Shown: one piece after another, positions 38,301 to 51,500 of the stretch
Numbering within the stretch: the first letter of the stretch is position 1
Layout of the letters: the number at the start of each line of letters is the position of its first letter
Assembly (NCBI RefSeq): GCF_035084215.1
Contig: NC_090332.1
Span: 2,232,001-2,296,000, forward strand
Direction of reading: 5' to 3'
Source: Heptranchias perlo
Taxonomy: Eukaryota
DNA: 64,000 nucleotides
Notes under the pieces: generated by a model
Database searches by the model: none
Told to the model about the DNA's origin: nothing
What the model saw: the letters and a program-made list of their open reading frames with translations, nothing else
Made by a program: the position numbers and the translations under genes

Positions 38301-38740
38301 ACGTGCATTCAGATAAAGAACTTTCAAATCTGTTTTGTGACGCTTAGTTCCTGCTTTTTCCTTTTTTAACACTTTACCTATTACTCCATACCTTCTGTCC
38401 CTTCCTGTTACGCTTTCCTCTCTCTCCCTGCTCAGGTTCCCAACCCCCTGCCACTTTAGTTTAAACCCTCCCCAACAGCACTAGCAAACACTCCTCCTAG
38501 GACAGCGGTCCCGGCCCTGCCCAGGTGCAGACCGTCCGGTTTGTACTGGTCCCACCTCCCCCAGAACCGTTTCCAGTGTCCCAGGAATTTGAATCCCTCC
38601 CCCTTGCACCATTCCTCTAGCCACGTATTCATTTGAAATATCCTCCTATTTCTACTCTGACTAGCACGTGGCACTGGCAGCAATCCTGAGATTACTACCT
38701 TTGAGGTCCTATTTTTTAATTTACCTCCTAACTCCCTATG
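35316..38740 (-). mobile_element. young CR1 LINE with complete ORF2 and the 3' part of ORF1 (SGNH esterase)
   Basis: (TATGTTCT)n tail at 35316; ORF1 end SGLLPVP...W...YKPDGLHL...EGLN. Confidence 0.95.
35517..38372 (-). CDS. CR1 ORF2: APE endonuclease plus reverse transcriptase, 951 aa, uninterrupted
   Basis: YLNARS, ITETWL, GDFN, SDHN, QGSVLGP and FADD motifs all present without stops. Confidence 0.93.
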   Translation of the reverse strand: MLKKEKAGTKRHKTDLKVLYLNARSIRNKMDELTAQITTYGYDLVAITETWLQGDNDWELNMPGYLTIRKDRQEGRGGGVAMLIKEGITVIQRNDIGTKHQDNETVWVEIRNNKGKKTLVGVVYRPPNSCNSAGRSINQEIVGACNKGTAIIMGDFNYHINWTNQIGQSSLEDEFIECIRDGFLEQYVTDPTRGQATLDLVLCNESGLINNVLVKDPLGMSDHNMVEFHIQLEGEKVDSQTSVLSLNKGDYDGMRAELIKVDWENRLKGKTVHEQWCSFRELFYNFQNKYIPLRKKGCKRNDSHPWLSKEIKDSIRLKTRTYKVAKLSGRIEDWEFFKRQQKVTKGLIKKGKLDYEKKLAKNIKTDSKSFYSYIKRKRVAKANIGPLEDETGKLMVGNMEMAKMLNKYFVSVFTVEDTKNIPTLDKQGTLGGEELNTIKITQEMVLSKIMGLKADKSPGPDGFHPRVLREVAVGIVDALVIVFQNSLDSGEVPADWKTANVTPLFKKGSRQKAGNYRPVSLTSVVGKILESIIKETVTEHLDKHNLIGQSQHGFMKGKSCLTNLLEFFEDITYRVDKGEPVDVVYLDFQKAFDKVPHKRLLLKIKNHGIGGNILAWVEDWLSNRKQRVGINGSFSDWQPVTSGVPQGSVLGPQLFTIYINDLEEGTECNISKFADDTKMGGKVESEEDIKNLQGDIDRLGEWAEIWQMQYNIGKCEVMHFGRKNQRASYFLNGERLESTAVQRDLGVLVQENQKVGMQVQQVIKKANGMLAFIARGIEYKNKEVLLQLYKVLVRPHLEYCIQFWSPYLRKDILALEAVQRRFTRLIPGMRGRTYEERLSRLGLYSLEFRRMRGDLIETYKIVKGLDRVDAVRMFPKMGETRTRGHNLRIRGCSFKTEMRRNFFTQRVVGLWNLLPQEAVEATSLDKFKTEIDSFLEVKGIRGYGERAGNWT

Positions 38741-38906
38741 TTCCCCTGGCGCTGTACAACATTCTGCAATCTCATAAACCCACAATCTGTCACACACATT
38801 GTTCACAAGAGCAGAATACAGGCTGGATACAATATAAACCATTTGAACCCTTGGTGTGACACTGCCCTGTGACACATTCCTCTCTGTGTGTTATCCTGTA
38901 TACAAT

Positions 38907-39698
38907 GGGCGGTAAATTGCTCGGAGCAGTGAACCAGCAATGTTTGCCGCTCCATAGATTTGTACCCACACACTAACTTAGCGTGGTCTTTAATGCGGGC
39001 ACTTTCTCTAATAGGAAGCGGAGACGAGGCCAGCGTTAGCCCCAACAAAGTTCGGACCCACGAGAGATCGACAGGCCTCAATCTCTCCACTCGACCAGTC
39101 AGATTGCAGCATCCTTGAAAAGCCGCGAAGGGTCAAAACAAGCTGCCACGTAAAAACCAGGAAGTGAAAACTGCAACAATCAAATCACTCGTAATGGAAG
39201 CAGTTATAGACAGCAAAAAAAGATGGTAAGAAATAATCAAATTAAATAAAAGAGACAGAAGGAAAAAGTAAAAAGAAACATTTTTTTCAATTTAAAGAAA
39301 ACATTTTTAATGACCAAAAACTATTAAAGTAAGGAGTAATGAGAGTCCACATTTTTAAAAGTTAATTTTTAGTTGTTTGGCTATCATTAAGACTTACCAC
39401 GCTGTTAAAATTTAGTTAAACCTGGTATTTTTAAGCGGACCTGTTTTGTGGCGATATTAGTTAATTTCCAGCTGGGCAAAAGAGCAAGTTGGTGCAGGTC
39501 CCTTGATTCTGCTGATTGCAGCTGGCGATATCCCTTTAAGTCGAAGCTGGCAGATCGCCGGGCGAACCAGGAAGAGCAAATTCCGGATTTCCGTGTTTGT
39601 CTGCACGTGTGTGAACACCAAAATTTGCTCTTTCATTTGGCCACTAACAACGGTGAGCGCTGTTGAGCTCACTTTTTTTAAAAAGCAATTTCTGGCTC
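38907..39698. mobile_element. non-autonomous DNA transposon (Harbinger/MITE-like) inserted in a ~74-bp tandem repeat
   Basis: Imperfect terminal inverted repeats GGGCGGTAAATTGC / GCAATTTCTGGCTC; AAT/ATT flanks; the interrupted repeat tacaat|ataaacc resumes after the element. Confidence 0.55.
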
Positions 39699-39816
39699 AT
39701 TATAAACCATCTGAACCCCTCGATGTGACACTACCCTGTGACATACCCCTTGCTGTGTGTTATCCCGTACACAATATAAACCAACTGAACCCTCCGATGT
39801 GTCATACTATAGCTAA

Positions 39817-42800
39817 GAACATAAGAAATAGGAGCAGGAGTAGGCCGTACGGCCCCTCAAGTCTGCTGCATTGTTCAATAAGATCATGGCTGATCTTCAA
39901 CCTCAACTCCACTTTCCCGCCTGATCCCCATATCCCCTGATCCCCTTAGATTTCAAAAATCTATTGATCTCAGCCTTGAATATACTCAACGACTGAGCAT
40001 CCACAGCCCTCTGGGGTAGAGAATTCCAAAGATTCACAACCCTCTGAGTGAAGAACATCCAAATTAAGAGCAGGAGTAGGCCATTCGGCCCCTCGAGCTT
40101 GCTCTGCCATTTGATAAGATCATGGCTGATCTGATTGTGACCTCAACCCTACTTTCCCATCTACCTACTATAACCTTTGATTCCCTTGTTAATCAGGAAT
40201 CTAACTCAGCCTTAAAAATATTCAATGACCCTGACTCCACCGCTCTCTGGGGAAGGGAGTTCCACAGACTCACGACCCTCTGAGAGAAAAAAATTCTCCT
40301 CATCTCCGTCTTAAATGGGAGAACCGTTATTTTTAAACTGTGGCCCCTGGTTCTAGTGTCTCTCACAAGGGGAAACATCCTCTCAGCATCTACCCCTTCT
40401 AGTCCCCTCAGGATTTTATATGTTTCAATAAGATCACCTCTCATTCTTCTAAACTCCAGTGTATACAGGCCCAACCTGTCCAACCTTTCCTCATAAGATA
40501 ACCCCCTCATCCCAGGAATCAGTTGAGTGAACCTTCTCTGAACCGCCTCCAAAACCAATTATGTCCTTTCTTAAATAAGGAGACCAAAACTGCACACAGT
40601 ATTCCAGATTATGGTCTCACCATTGCCCTGTACAATTGTAGCAAAACATCTCTACTTTTATATTCCATTCCCCTTGCAATAAATGACAGCATTCCATTTG
40701 CCTTCCTTATCATTTGCTGTACCTGCATACTAACCTTTTGTGATTCATGTACTGGGACACCCAGATCCCTCTGTACCTCAGAGTTCTGTAATCTCTCTCC
40801 ATTTAAATAATATACTGCTTTTCTATTCCTCCTGCCAAAGTGGACACGTTCACATTTTCCCACATTATACGCCATCTGCCAACTTTTTGCCCACTCACTT
40901 AACCTATCTATATCCCTTTGCAGACTCCTTATGTCCTCTTCACAACTTACTTTCCTACCTACCTTTGTGTCATGAGCAAATTTAGCAACCATACATTCGG
41001 TCCCTTCATCTAAATCATTGATTATAGATTGTAAATAGTTGAGGCCCAAGTACTGATCTCTGTGGCACTCCACTCATTACATATTGCCAACCTGAAAATG
41101 ACCCATTTATGCCTACTCTGTTTCCTGTTAGCTAACCCATCCTTTATCCATGCGAATGTGTTACCCCCTACACCATGAGCCCTTATTTTGTGTAGTAGCC
41201 TTTGATGTGGCACCTTGTCAAATGCCTTCTGGAAATCCAAGAACACTACATCCACAGCATCCCCTTTATCCACGTTGCTTGTTACTTCCTCAAAGAATTC
41301 TAATAAATTAGTCAAACACAATTTCCCTTTCACAAAGCCGTGTTGACTCTGGCTGATTGCATTGAGATTTTCTAAGTGCCCTGCTATAACCTCCTTAATA
41401 ATAGATTCTAGCATTTTCCCTATGACAGATGTTAAGGTAACTGGCCTGTAGTTTCCTACTTTCTGTCTCCCTCCTTTCTTGAATAGGAGTTACAGTCACT
41501 ATTTTCCAATCTGAAGGGACCCTTCCAGGATCGAGGGAATTTTGGAAATTTAGTATCAATGCATCGACTATCTCTGCAGCCACTTCTTTTAAGACCCTGG
41601 GATGAAGGACCTGGGGACTTGTCGGCTTTTAGTTCTAATATTTTTTTCAGAACCCTTTCCCTGGTGATTGTAAATGTTTTAAGTTCCTCCTGCCCGATTC
41701 ACAATTATTTCTGTCACGTTATTTGTATCCTCTGCAGTGAAGACGGACGCAAAATATCAGATAAGGCGGAGAATAAGGAAATGGCGGATCAATTCATCTG
41801 CAATTTCCTTATTCTCCATTATTAGCTCCCTAGACTCACCTTCTAGAGGACCAACGCTCACTTTACTTACTTTTTTCCCATCTTAAATACCTGTAGAAAC
41901 TCTTACTATCTGTTTTAATATTTCTAATGAGCTTTCTCTCGTACTCTACTTTCTCCCTCATTATTATTCTTTCAGTCATTCTTTGCTGTTTTTTTTATAT
42001 TCTGTCCAATCATCTGACCTGTCACTAATGCTTTTTCTTTAAATTTGACACCATCTTTAACTTCCTTAGTTAGCCACAGTGCTACATCCTTCCCCTGGAG
42101 TCTTTCTTTCTTACTGGAATGTATCTTTGCGGAGTGTTATTAAATATTTGCCACTGCACCTCTACTGACCAATCCCTTAACCTAATTTCCCAGTTCACTT
42201 TAGCCAGCTCTGTCTTCATGCCCTCATAATTGCCCTGATTTAAGTTTAAAACATTAGACTTAGACCTACTCTTCTCTCCCTCAAACTGAATGCAAAGTTC
42301 AATCATATTGTGATCACTGCTACCTGGAGGCTCCTTTACAATGAGGTCATTAATTAATCCTGGCTCATTACACATTACCAGATCTAGAATAGCCTGCTCT
42401 CTTGTTGGCTCTAGAACATGCTGCTCTAAGAAACTGTCCTGAAAGCACTCTATGACCTCATCTTCCAGGCTACCTTTGCCAATCAGATTCTTCCAATCTA
42501 TATGTAGATTAAAATCACCCATGATTATCGCTGTTCCTTTCTCACAAGCCCCCATTATTTCTTCCTGTAAACCGTGTCCTACAGTGTGGTTACTGTTACG
42601 GGGCATATGAACTACTCCCATAAGTGACTTCTTGCCTTTACTATTTCTTATCTCTACCCAAACTGATTCTTTATCTTGGTCTTTAGAACTAAGGTCATTT
42701 CTCTCTATTATACTCACATCATCCTTAATTATCAGAGCGACCCCTCCACCTTCTCCTAGATTCCTGTCCTTCCGAAATGTCAAGTACCCTTGAATATTCA

Positions 42801-45180
42801 GGTTCCAACCTTTGGAAATTCCTCCTCATTTCAGTCCTAAATGTCCGACTCCTTATCCTGAGACTACACCCCGAAGTTCTAGACTCTCCAGCCAGGGGAA
42901 ACAGCCTCTCAGCATCTACCCTGTCAAGCCCTCTCAGAATCTTATATATTTCAATGAGATCACCTCTCAGTCTTCTAAACTCCAGAGAGTATAGGCCCAT
43001 TCTACTCAACCTCTCCTCATAGGAAAACATTCTCATTCCAGGAATTAATCCAGTGAACCTTCGTTGCACCACCTCTAAGGCAAGTATATCCTTCCTTAGA
43101 TAAGGAGACCAAAACTGTACACAGTACTCCAGGTGTGGTCTCACTAAGGCCCTGTACAATTATAGCAAGACTTGCTATTCTTGTACTCCAACCCACTTGC
43201 AATAAAGGCCAACATATCATTTGCCTTCCTAATTGCTCGTTGTACCTGCCTGTTAACTTTTTGTGTTTTGTGTACGAGGACGTCCAAATCCCTCTGAACA
43301 CCAACATTTAATAGTTTCTCACCATTTAAAAAAAAATTCTGTTTTTCTATTCTTCCTACCAAAGTGAATAACCTCACAATTCCCCACATTATACTCCATC
43401 TGCTTTGTATCGTCAGCAAACTTGGATACATTACGCTCAGTCCTTTCATCTAAGTCATTAATATAGATTGTAAATAGCTGAGGCCCAATCCTTGCGGCAC
43501 CCCACTAGTTACAGCCTGCCAACCCGAAAATGACCCGTTTATCCCTACTCTCTGTTTTCTGTCCGTTAACCAATCCTCTATCCATGCTAATATATTACCC
43601 CCAATCCCATGACCCCTTATCTTGTGTAATAACCTTATATGTGGCACCTTGTTGAATGCCTTTTGAAAATCCACGGGTTCCCCTTTATCTACCCTGCTAG
43701 TTATATCCTCAAAAAACTCTAATAGATTTGTCAAACACAATTTCCCTTTCATAAAATCATGTTGACTCTGCCCACATAGAATGTACAGAAACAGGCCATT
43801 CGGCCCAACTGGTCTATGCTGGTATTTATGCTCCACAGGAGCCTCCTCCCTCCCTACTTCATCTCACCCTATCAGCATATCCTTCTATTCCTTTCTCCCT
43901 CATGTGTTTATCCAGCTTCCCCTTAATTGCATCTATGCTAATCACCTCAACTACTGCTTGTGGTAACGAGTTCCCCATTCTAACATCTTTCTGGGTAAAG
44001 AATTTTCTCCTGAATTCCCTATTGGATTTGTTAGAGACTATCTTATATTTATGGCCCCTAGTTTTGGTCTCCCCCACAAGTGGAAACATCTTCTCTACGT
44101 TTACCCTATCAAACCCCTTTATAATTTTAAAGACCTCCAGTAGGTCACCCCTCAGTTTTCTCTTTTCTAGAGATAAAAGCCCCAGCCTGTCCAGTCTTTC
44201 CTGATAGTTGAAAAGACCTACTGGTTGTGGGCTGAGTACTCCTGCTCCTCCTGGCTCCACAGATACTGTTTAAAAAAAAACAAAATTTGCCACCCACCTG
44301 TCGTTGGCAGCCATGAGGGGCCGCTGATGAATCCTGAGCGGGATATGCCCGACACTTGCCCTGCTTATCGCTGACAAACCTCTCGATGGGGTCCTTCCAC
44401 CAGCGTTAGGTCCCCAAGTTCCATATTTTAGGGGCCTAACGCCTGTCATAGAATCATAGAAAATTTACGGCACAGAAGGAGGCCATTCGGCCCATCGTGT
44501 CCACGCCTGGTGAGATACGAGCCACCCAGCCTAATCCCACTTCCCCGCACTTGGTCCGTAGCCCCACAGGTCACGGCTCTTCAGGTGCACATCCAGGTAT
44601 TTTTTAAATGAGTTGAGGGTTTCTGTCTCTACCTCCCTCTCAGGCAGTGAGTTCCAGACCCCCACCACCCTCTGGGTGAAAAAAAAAATCCTAATTTCCA
44701 CTCTAATCCTTCTACCAATCACTTTAAATCTATGCCCCCTGGTTATTGACCCCTCCGCTAAGGGAAATAGGTCCTCCCTATCCTCTCTATCTGGGCCCCT
44801 CATAATTTTATACACCTCAATTAAATCTCCCCTCAGCCTCTTCTGTTCCAAGGAAAACACCCCCAGCCTATCCAATCTGTCATCATAGCTAAAATTCTCC
44901 AGTCCTGGCAACATCCTCGTAAATCTCCTCTGTACCCTCTCTAGTGCAATCACATCCTTCCTGTAATGGGGTGACCAGAACTGTACTCAGTACTCAAGCT
45001 GTGGCCTAACTAGTGTTTTATACAGTTCCAGCATAACATCCCTGCTCTTATATTCTATGCCTCAGCTAATAAAGGAAAGTATCCCGTATGCCTTCTTAAC
45101 CACCTTATCTACCTGTCCTGCTACCTTCAGGGATCTGTGGACATGCACTCCAAAGTCCCTCACTTCGTATACACCTCTCC
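39817..45180 (-). mobile_element. stack of degenerate nested CR1 copies
   Basis: Multiple endonuclease and RT ORF fragments and 3' tails (39817, 40060, 42810, 43775, 44446). Confidence 0.88.
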
Positions 45181-45186
45181 GTATCA

Positions 45187-46972
45187 GAGCGGAGCTACAG
45201 GCGGGAGCGGACCTGGGAGAGAGTGCAGGACTCGGAGACTACTAAAGGCCCAGGCTCGAAGGCCGACCCGCACTCTGAGCGGAGCTACAGGCGGGAGCGG
45301 GCCTGGGAGAGAGCGCAGGACTCGGAGACTACTAAAGGCCCAGGCTCGAGGGCCTACCCGCACTCGGAGCGGAGCTACAGGCGGGAGCGGACCTGGGAGA
45401 GAGTGCGGGACTCGGAGACTACTAAAGGCCCAGGCTCGAAGGCCGACCCGCACTCGGAGCGGCAGAGAGGCAATTGGTGAAAAAACAAGGAGTGACGTCA
45501 CTCCAGGTCGGTGATTGGCTGGTGAGCATTAGTTTTTTTTCTCTGAGTTAGGAAATTGGGTAAAATTGAATTAAAAGCTAGAATCGTAAAACTACTAGCT
45601 CATTAAAATTAAAGCTTAAACTACTTAACTAGAGTAATATAACCAAAAATAACCGTATTTGAGGCTTAATTTGTTTTTGCTTGGCAGGGCAGCTCAGACC
45701 CGTTGAATGCACGACCTGTGCCACGTGGGAACTCCAGGACGCTTCCCGTGTCCTGGACAACCACAGGTGCAGGAAGTGTCGTCAGCTGGAGGAGCTCGAG
45801 CTCGGGTTTCGGACCTTGAGCAGCGGCTGGCGTCACTGCGGTGCATCCGCGAGGCAGAGAGCTACGTGGATAGCAGGTTTCAGGAGGTGGTCACCCCGCA
45901 GATTAAGAGAGTGCAGGCAGAGAGGGACTGGGTGACCGCCAGACAGACAAGGAGGACCAGGAGGGTAGTGCAGGAGTCCCCTGAGGGCATCTCACTTTCC
46001 AACCAGTGTTCAGTTCTGGGTACTAGTGGGGCGGGGGGGGGGAGGGTTCCTCTGGGGAGTGCAGCCAGAGCCAAGACCACAGCACCATGGGTGGCTCAGC
46101 TGTACAGGCGGGGAGGAGGAGAAAGGTCGAGAGAGCAATAGTGATAGGGGATTCCATGGTTAGGGGAGCAGACAGGCGTTTCTGTGGCCGCAAACGTGAT
46201 TCCAGGATGGTATGTTACCTCCCTGGTGCCAGGGTCATGGATGTCACTGAGCAGCTGCAGGACATTCTGAAGGGGGAGGGTGAACAGCCAGAGGTCATGG
46301 ATAATATCAGTACCAACAACATAGGTAAAAAGAGGGATGAGGTCCTGCCAGGTGAATTTAAGGAGTTCGGAAATAAATTAAAAAGCAGGACCTCAAAGGT
46401 AATGATCTCAGGATTACTCCCAGTGCCACGTGCTGGTGTGTATAGGAACAGGAGAATAGACCAGGTGAATGCGTGGCTGCAGGGATGGTGCAGGAGGGAG
46501 GGATTTAGATTCCTGAGGAATTGGGACCTGTACAAGCCGGATGGGTTGCACCTCAACAGATCCGGGACTAATATCCTCGCGGGGGTGTTTGCTGGTGCTA
46601 TTGGGGAAGGTTTAAACTAGAGTGGCAGGGGGATGGGAACGTGAGCAGGGAGTCAGAAGGGAGTAAAGTTGAGAGCAGCAAGAGAGGGGAAGACCCAGGG
46701 GAAATTTACAATACAAATAGTACAAACAGTTGTTCAAGAACAAGTGAAAGGGAAAAGCGTAGAGCAGCAGAAAGAAAGTGTACTTTAGGCACTACAGATA
46801 AAGTGAAAACTAGAAGGTGTAAGGCGATTAACCCAGCATCAAAGCTGAAGGTCAGGCTAGGGTGTGTGGCCCAACTAAGAGTTCTATATACAAATGCACG
46901 GAGTATAAGGAATAAATTAAATGAACTACAAGTTCAAATTCAAATTGGAGGGAATGACATGATAGCTATTAC
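45187..46972 (+). mobile_element. CR1 5' half: 90-bp tandem 5'UTR repeats, ORF1 (CxxC zinc motif, leucine zipper, SGNH esterase) and ORF2 start; 3'-truncated
   Basis: VECTTC...CRKC.QLEELE; VIGDSMVRG..R.FC...DSRMVC.LPGARV; DGLHLN; LYTNARSIRNK. Confidence 0.88.
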
Positions 46973-48545
46973 TTTAATGTTGGCTGCCAGTCTATTCTCA
47001 TACGCTCTCTTTGTCCCTCTTATTTCCTTTTTCACTTCTCCTCTGAACTTTCTATATTCAGCCTGGTTCTCACATGTAATATCTGTCATATGCCCCTTTT
47101 TTCTGCTTCATCTTACTCTCTATCTCTTTCGTCATCCAGGGAGCTCTGGCTTTAGTTGCCCTACCTTTCCCCCTCATGGGAATGTACCTAGACTGTACCT
47201 GATCCATCTCCTCTTTAAAGGCCGCCCACTGTTCGATTACAATTTTGTCCGCCAATCTTTGATTCCAATTTACCCGGACCAGATCTGTTCTCATCCTACT
47301 GAAATTAGCCCTCCTTCAATTAAGTAATTTTGCTCAATATTGCTCCTTGTCCTTTTCTATAACTAATCTAAACCTTATGATACTATGGTCACTGTTCCCT
47401 AAATGTTCCCCCACTGACAATTGCTCCACTTGACCCACCTCATTCCCTAGAACCAAGTCCAGCAATGCCTCCTTCCTCATCGGGCCGGAAACAAGAAAGT
47501 TCTTCTGAACACACTTCAGAAATTCCTCCCCCTCTTTGCCCTTTACACTATTACAGTCCCAGTCTATATTAGGATAGTTGAAGTCCCTCATTATCACTGC
47601 TCTATAGTTCTTGAACCTCTCTGTAATTTGCCTGCAAATTTGCTCCTCTATATCCTTCCCACTAGTTGGTGGCCTATAGAATACACCCAGTAGTGTAATG
47701 GAACCTCGATTGTTTCTTAACTCTAACCAAATAGATTCTGTCCTTGACCCCTCCAGGACATCCTCTCTCTCCAGCACTAGAATATTCTCCTTAATCAATA
47801 CGACCAGTCATCACTAACCACCACCACCCCCCCTCCTTTCTTTCCTTCCCTATCTTCCCTGAACACCTTGCATCCAGGAATATTTAGTACCCTATCCTGC
47901 CCTTTTTTAAGCCAGGTCTCTGTTATCGCCACTACATCATATTCCCATGTGACTATCCTGCAGCTCACCAACCTTATTCACAACACTTCATGCATTTACA
48001 CACTTGCACTCTGAACCTATCTTAGACCTTCTCGTATTCTCTCTTAGTCTGATCCCACCTAATGCTGCACTATTTTTTATTCTAGTGCTATGTCTCCCAA
48101 TCCTTTGTGCACCTTGTTTCTCCTTCGTAATGCTACATCCTGGTGCCCACCCCCCTGCCAAATTAGTTTAAACCCCCCACCAGTGAACCTCCCCGTGAGG
48201 ACACTGGTCCCAGCTCTGTTGAGGTGCAACCCCATCCGTCTTTAACAGGTCCCTCCTGCCCCAGAATTGGTCTCAATGCCCCAAGAATCTGAAGCCCACC
48301 CTATTGCATCATGTCTCCAGCCACGCATTAACCTACCTTATCTTCCTATTTCTGTACTCACTAGCGCGTGGCACTGGGAGTAATCCGGGGATTACTGTCT
48401 TTGAGGTCCTGCTTTTTAAACTTCTTCCCTAGCTCCTGAAACTCCAGTCGCAGAACCTCATCTCTTTTCTTTCCTATGTCGTTGGTACCCACATAGACCA
48501 TGACTTCTGTCTGTTCCCCTCCCCCCGCGCGCCCTGCAGAATGTT
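46973..48545 (-). mobile_element. CR1 5' half (ORF1 end plus endonuclease), degenerate, 3'-truncated
   Basis: ESIWLELRN, YRPP, DFNYPNIDW, SDHSII. Confidence 0.85.
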
Positions 48546-51500
48546 ATGCACCCAGGAGGATGATAGATGGATAGATAGCTCTGGTACCCAACATGCCCAG
48601 ATCCTCACATCCAGGAAATAGATGGATGGATAGATAGCTTGCTACTGCATACAACTGAACAGAAAAACATCCCAGAAGCTCACATGCTACTCGAGGGAGC
48701 TTTAACCTCCATGTAACCTGTTATGTGGCAGTGTTTGATGAGGCAACAGGCAGGGAGCTTTCTCATACAGGAGGAAAAGGCAATTTTTCCACAATGATTG
48801 GGGAGCTTTATATTTTGCTCAATGCAGACCATTGACAAATAAGCTCAGGCCAGGTGCTAATTACTGTGCACCCTGGTACAGGTTAAGACTTGAGAACTGG
48901 CAGAAACCAAAGCATAGGATAATATTGATGCTGCTGAAAGTTCATCTTCAATATTGTGCAACAAGGCTCTGGAACCAATACGCCTCCATGAAACTGGGAC
49001 CAAGAATCGACCAGGACCATTTTATTGCTTCACTGTCGTACTCAAATGTATAAATATTTTAACATAACATTTTGATTCTTACACACTTTTAATATTCCTC
49101 AACATTTTCTGATTCACAGCTAATGCGTCAAATTAACTTGTCTATAGAAAACACAATAAATATTAGAATGTTAATAACATTTCCCAAAAATTGCACCTAA
49201 ATCTGCTTTACTACAATTCAACAACCGGTGCTGATTGCTATAATTTATTTCAAGGCACAACAGATTACTGTTGAAGACAACTAACAACAGGTGTTCAATA
49301 AATCTGACCATGATGGCATCAGAGAGCACTGGAAGACTTGGAGACTGTAGTGTCAACCAGTCACCAAATTCCCACCATCTAATACATGATCCATCAACCC
49401 TGGGTCAGCAAATAACGGTTAACTGCATAAAGAAGGAAGAGGTCCGAGTTATGGAATTGTCCAGGGATGTGTTCCACAAGCATGTGTCAAGCTTTCCCGT
49501 TGGCATCCCATACGCACTTTTCACCAAGTGCCACCAACATAAACATGGAAGCTCAAAACATTCACTAACCGACGTGGTACTACTAGTTACCGGCATAGAG
49601 AAGGGGCTGCTCAGGAACATCCCATTAGAGATGGCACTCCTGTATAGGGTGAGCCATCCTCACCTACTGCAGAGGTCTGCTTGGTTCTGGTGTAGACCAA
49701 CTCTAGGTGAGGATGACTCTGCAGAGCTACAATAGTCCATCAGTTCGAGACCTCATTGAATTGCATACAGTAGCAATTAGGCTTAGCTTTCTTATACATT
49801 CCTAGTTTTACAGCTTTTCCAATCATTGCTTGGTCCACTTTAGCTTGGAGCCAAGCCACCTAACTCAAGAAAGCTTGGTACTCTTGTATACAGTTGGGGT
49901 GAACGTATAACCCCATGTTCAACCTTTCAACAATTACTGACGTGGTCTCCCCAATGATGAACCATAACACGTCACTGATCTTCAGCCCACCACTGCTTAT
50001 CTTTCAGATTATGATGGTGCAGAGATTGGTGTGATCAGCATAGACATCACTTTTGATGACATTCACCTGGCCAATGAATACAACAGAATAGGAGCCAAGT
50101 GAACGTTCCTCAGGCACTCGCACATACAGGGGTTGCTCGAAGGTGACTATCCCCATGATCATAACCTGATAGTTCTCCATTCTCGGTCATGTCCTATTTA
50201 TTCAGTGCATCAGCTATGCCACAAGAAGCCAATCTCCAAACCAAGCTGACATTCTGTACCCCAATCAAATATCAAGGTGCATGCATCTGTGTTGGACGTC
50301 AATCAGCCCATTTCTAAACTGGAGACTGACTGTAAAACAAAGCAAACTATTTCCTCTGGAGTGAAATTGGAAACGAGCTGAGCCAGTAATCACGACTGAA
50401 ATGTTGGGCTCAGCCACTGTGGTTTTCATGAGATTAGTCACAATTAGCAAGAAACACATTGACCTTTAGTTAATCAGGATATGACTCCGATCCTTGTGAC
50501 TGGTGAGCCCGGTCTGATTCAGTAATATTACCCAATTATATTGGATGCAGTGCCACCATGGTCATTCAATGACCAACAAGGATGTGATTCAAGCCCTTGG
50601 CCGGCCTAGCTCACTGATTATGCTTAGACTTCAACAGCTTGCTTTGGGGCCAGCTCTTGGATTTAACATATGGCCATCAACAACTCCACCTTTTCCATGT
50701 AGTGTGTGACTCAGTTTTTTCCAAGGCAGGATCTGGATTCAATGTTGGAATGGCAGTCTTGGCAAAACTTCAAAGCAGCAGAAATTAACTATTTTCCTCT
50801 GGCAAAATAACAGGAGTATGTTGGCTTGAAAGTATACACTTGTGAAGGAAATACTGTCCATTACATCAAGGAGAACACAACTTCTTTAAGGGGGGATTGA
50901 AACGAATCTATTATTAGATTACACTTCCAATTCCTTACCAGCCACAGGGAGCCCTTGATATGAGAATCCTGTCCTATGACTGAGCATTAAAGGGTTTAAG
51001 GCAGCTCCGTGATTAATATGAAATAGGAACTCTTACAAATGCTGCCAAAGCTGCATGGATGTATCCTCACCCTAAATAAGTCAACGTACAGTTCATTCAA
51101 AACAGGCATCTGCTGTTAAAGTGTAGTCAGGATTGGGTTATTGTAGAAAAGATCCAGAATGGCTGTGTGCAGATGGGACGGTCTGTCCGGGAAAAGGGTC
51201 ACAGGAATGATGAAGGATCTGACAAGCTGAGGACAGCAGTGTCAGGTGGCTCGAATAGGGGGAAGTCACTGCACTCACACAAGCTCAGATATTTCCTTTG
51301 CTCAAACAGGCAACTGCAGTTAAAGCTTCACCTCCGTACAGTCAGTAAGCAGGAGCATTCACTGCGCTCCAGTCCTTGTAACCTCAACTCACCGTTGAGA
51401 GGATGTCGAAGAGTCTTCCATTTGATTGTGAGGCCTTTACGACTCACTTACCTGTCCCGTTTGTGGCATCCGGCCCTTACACGCGCGGCTGTGAGCTCCC

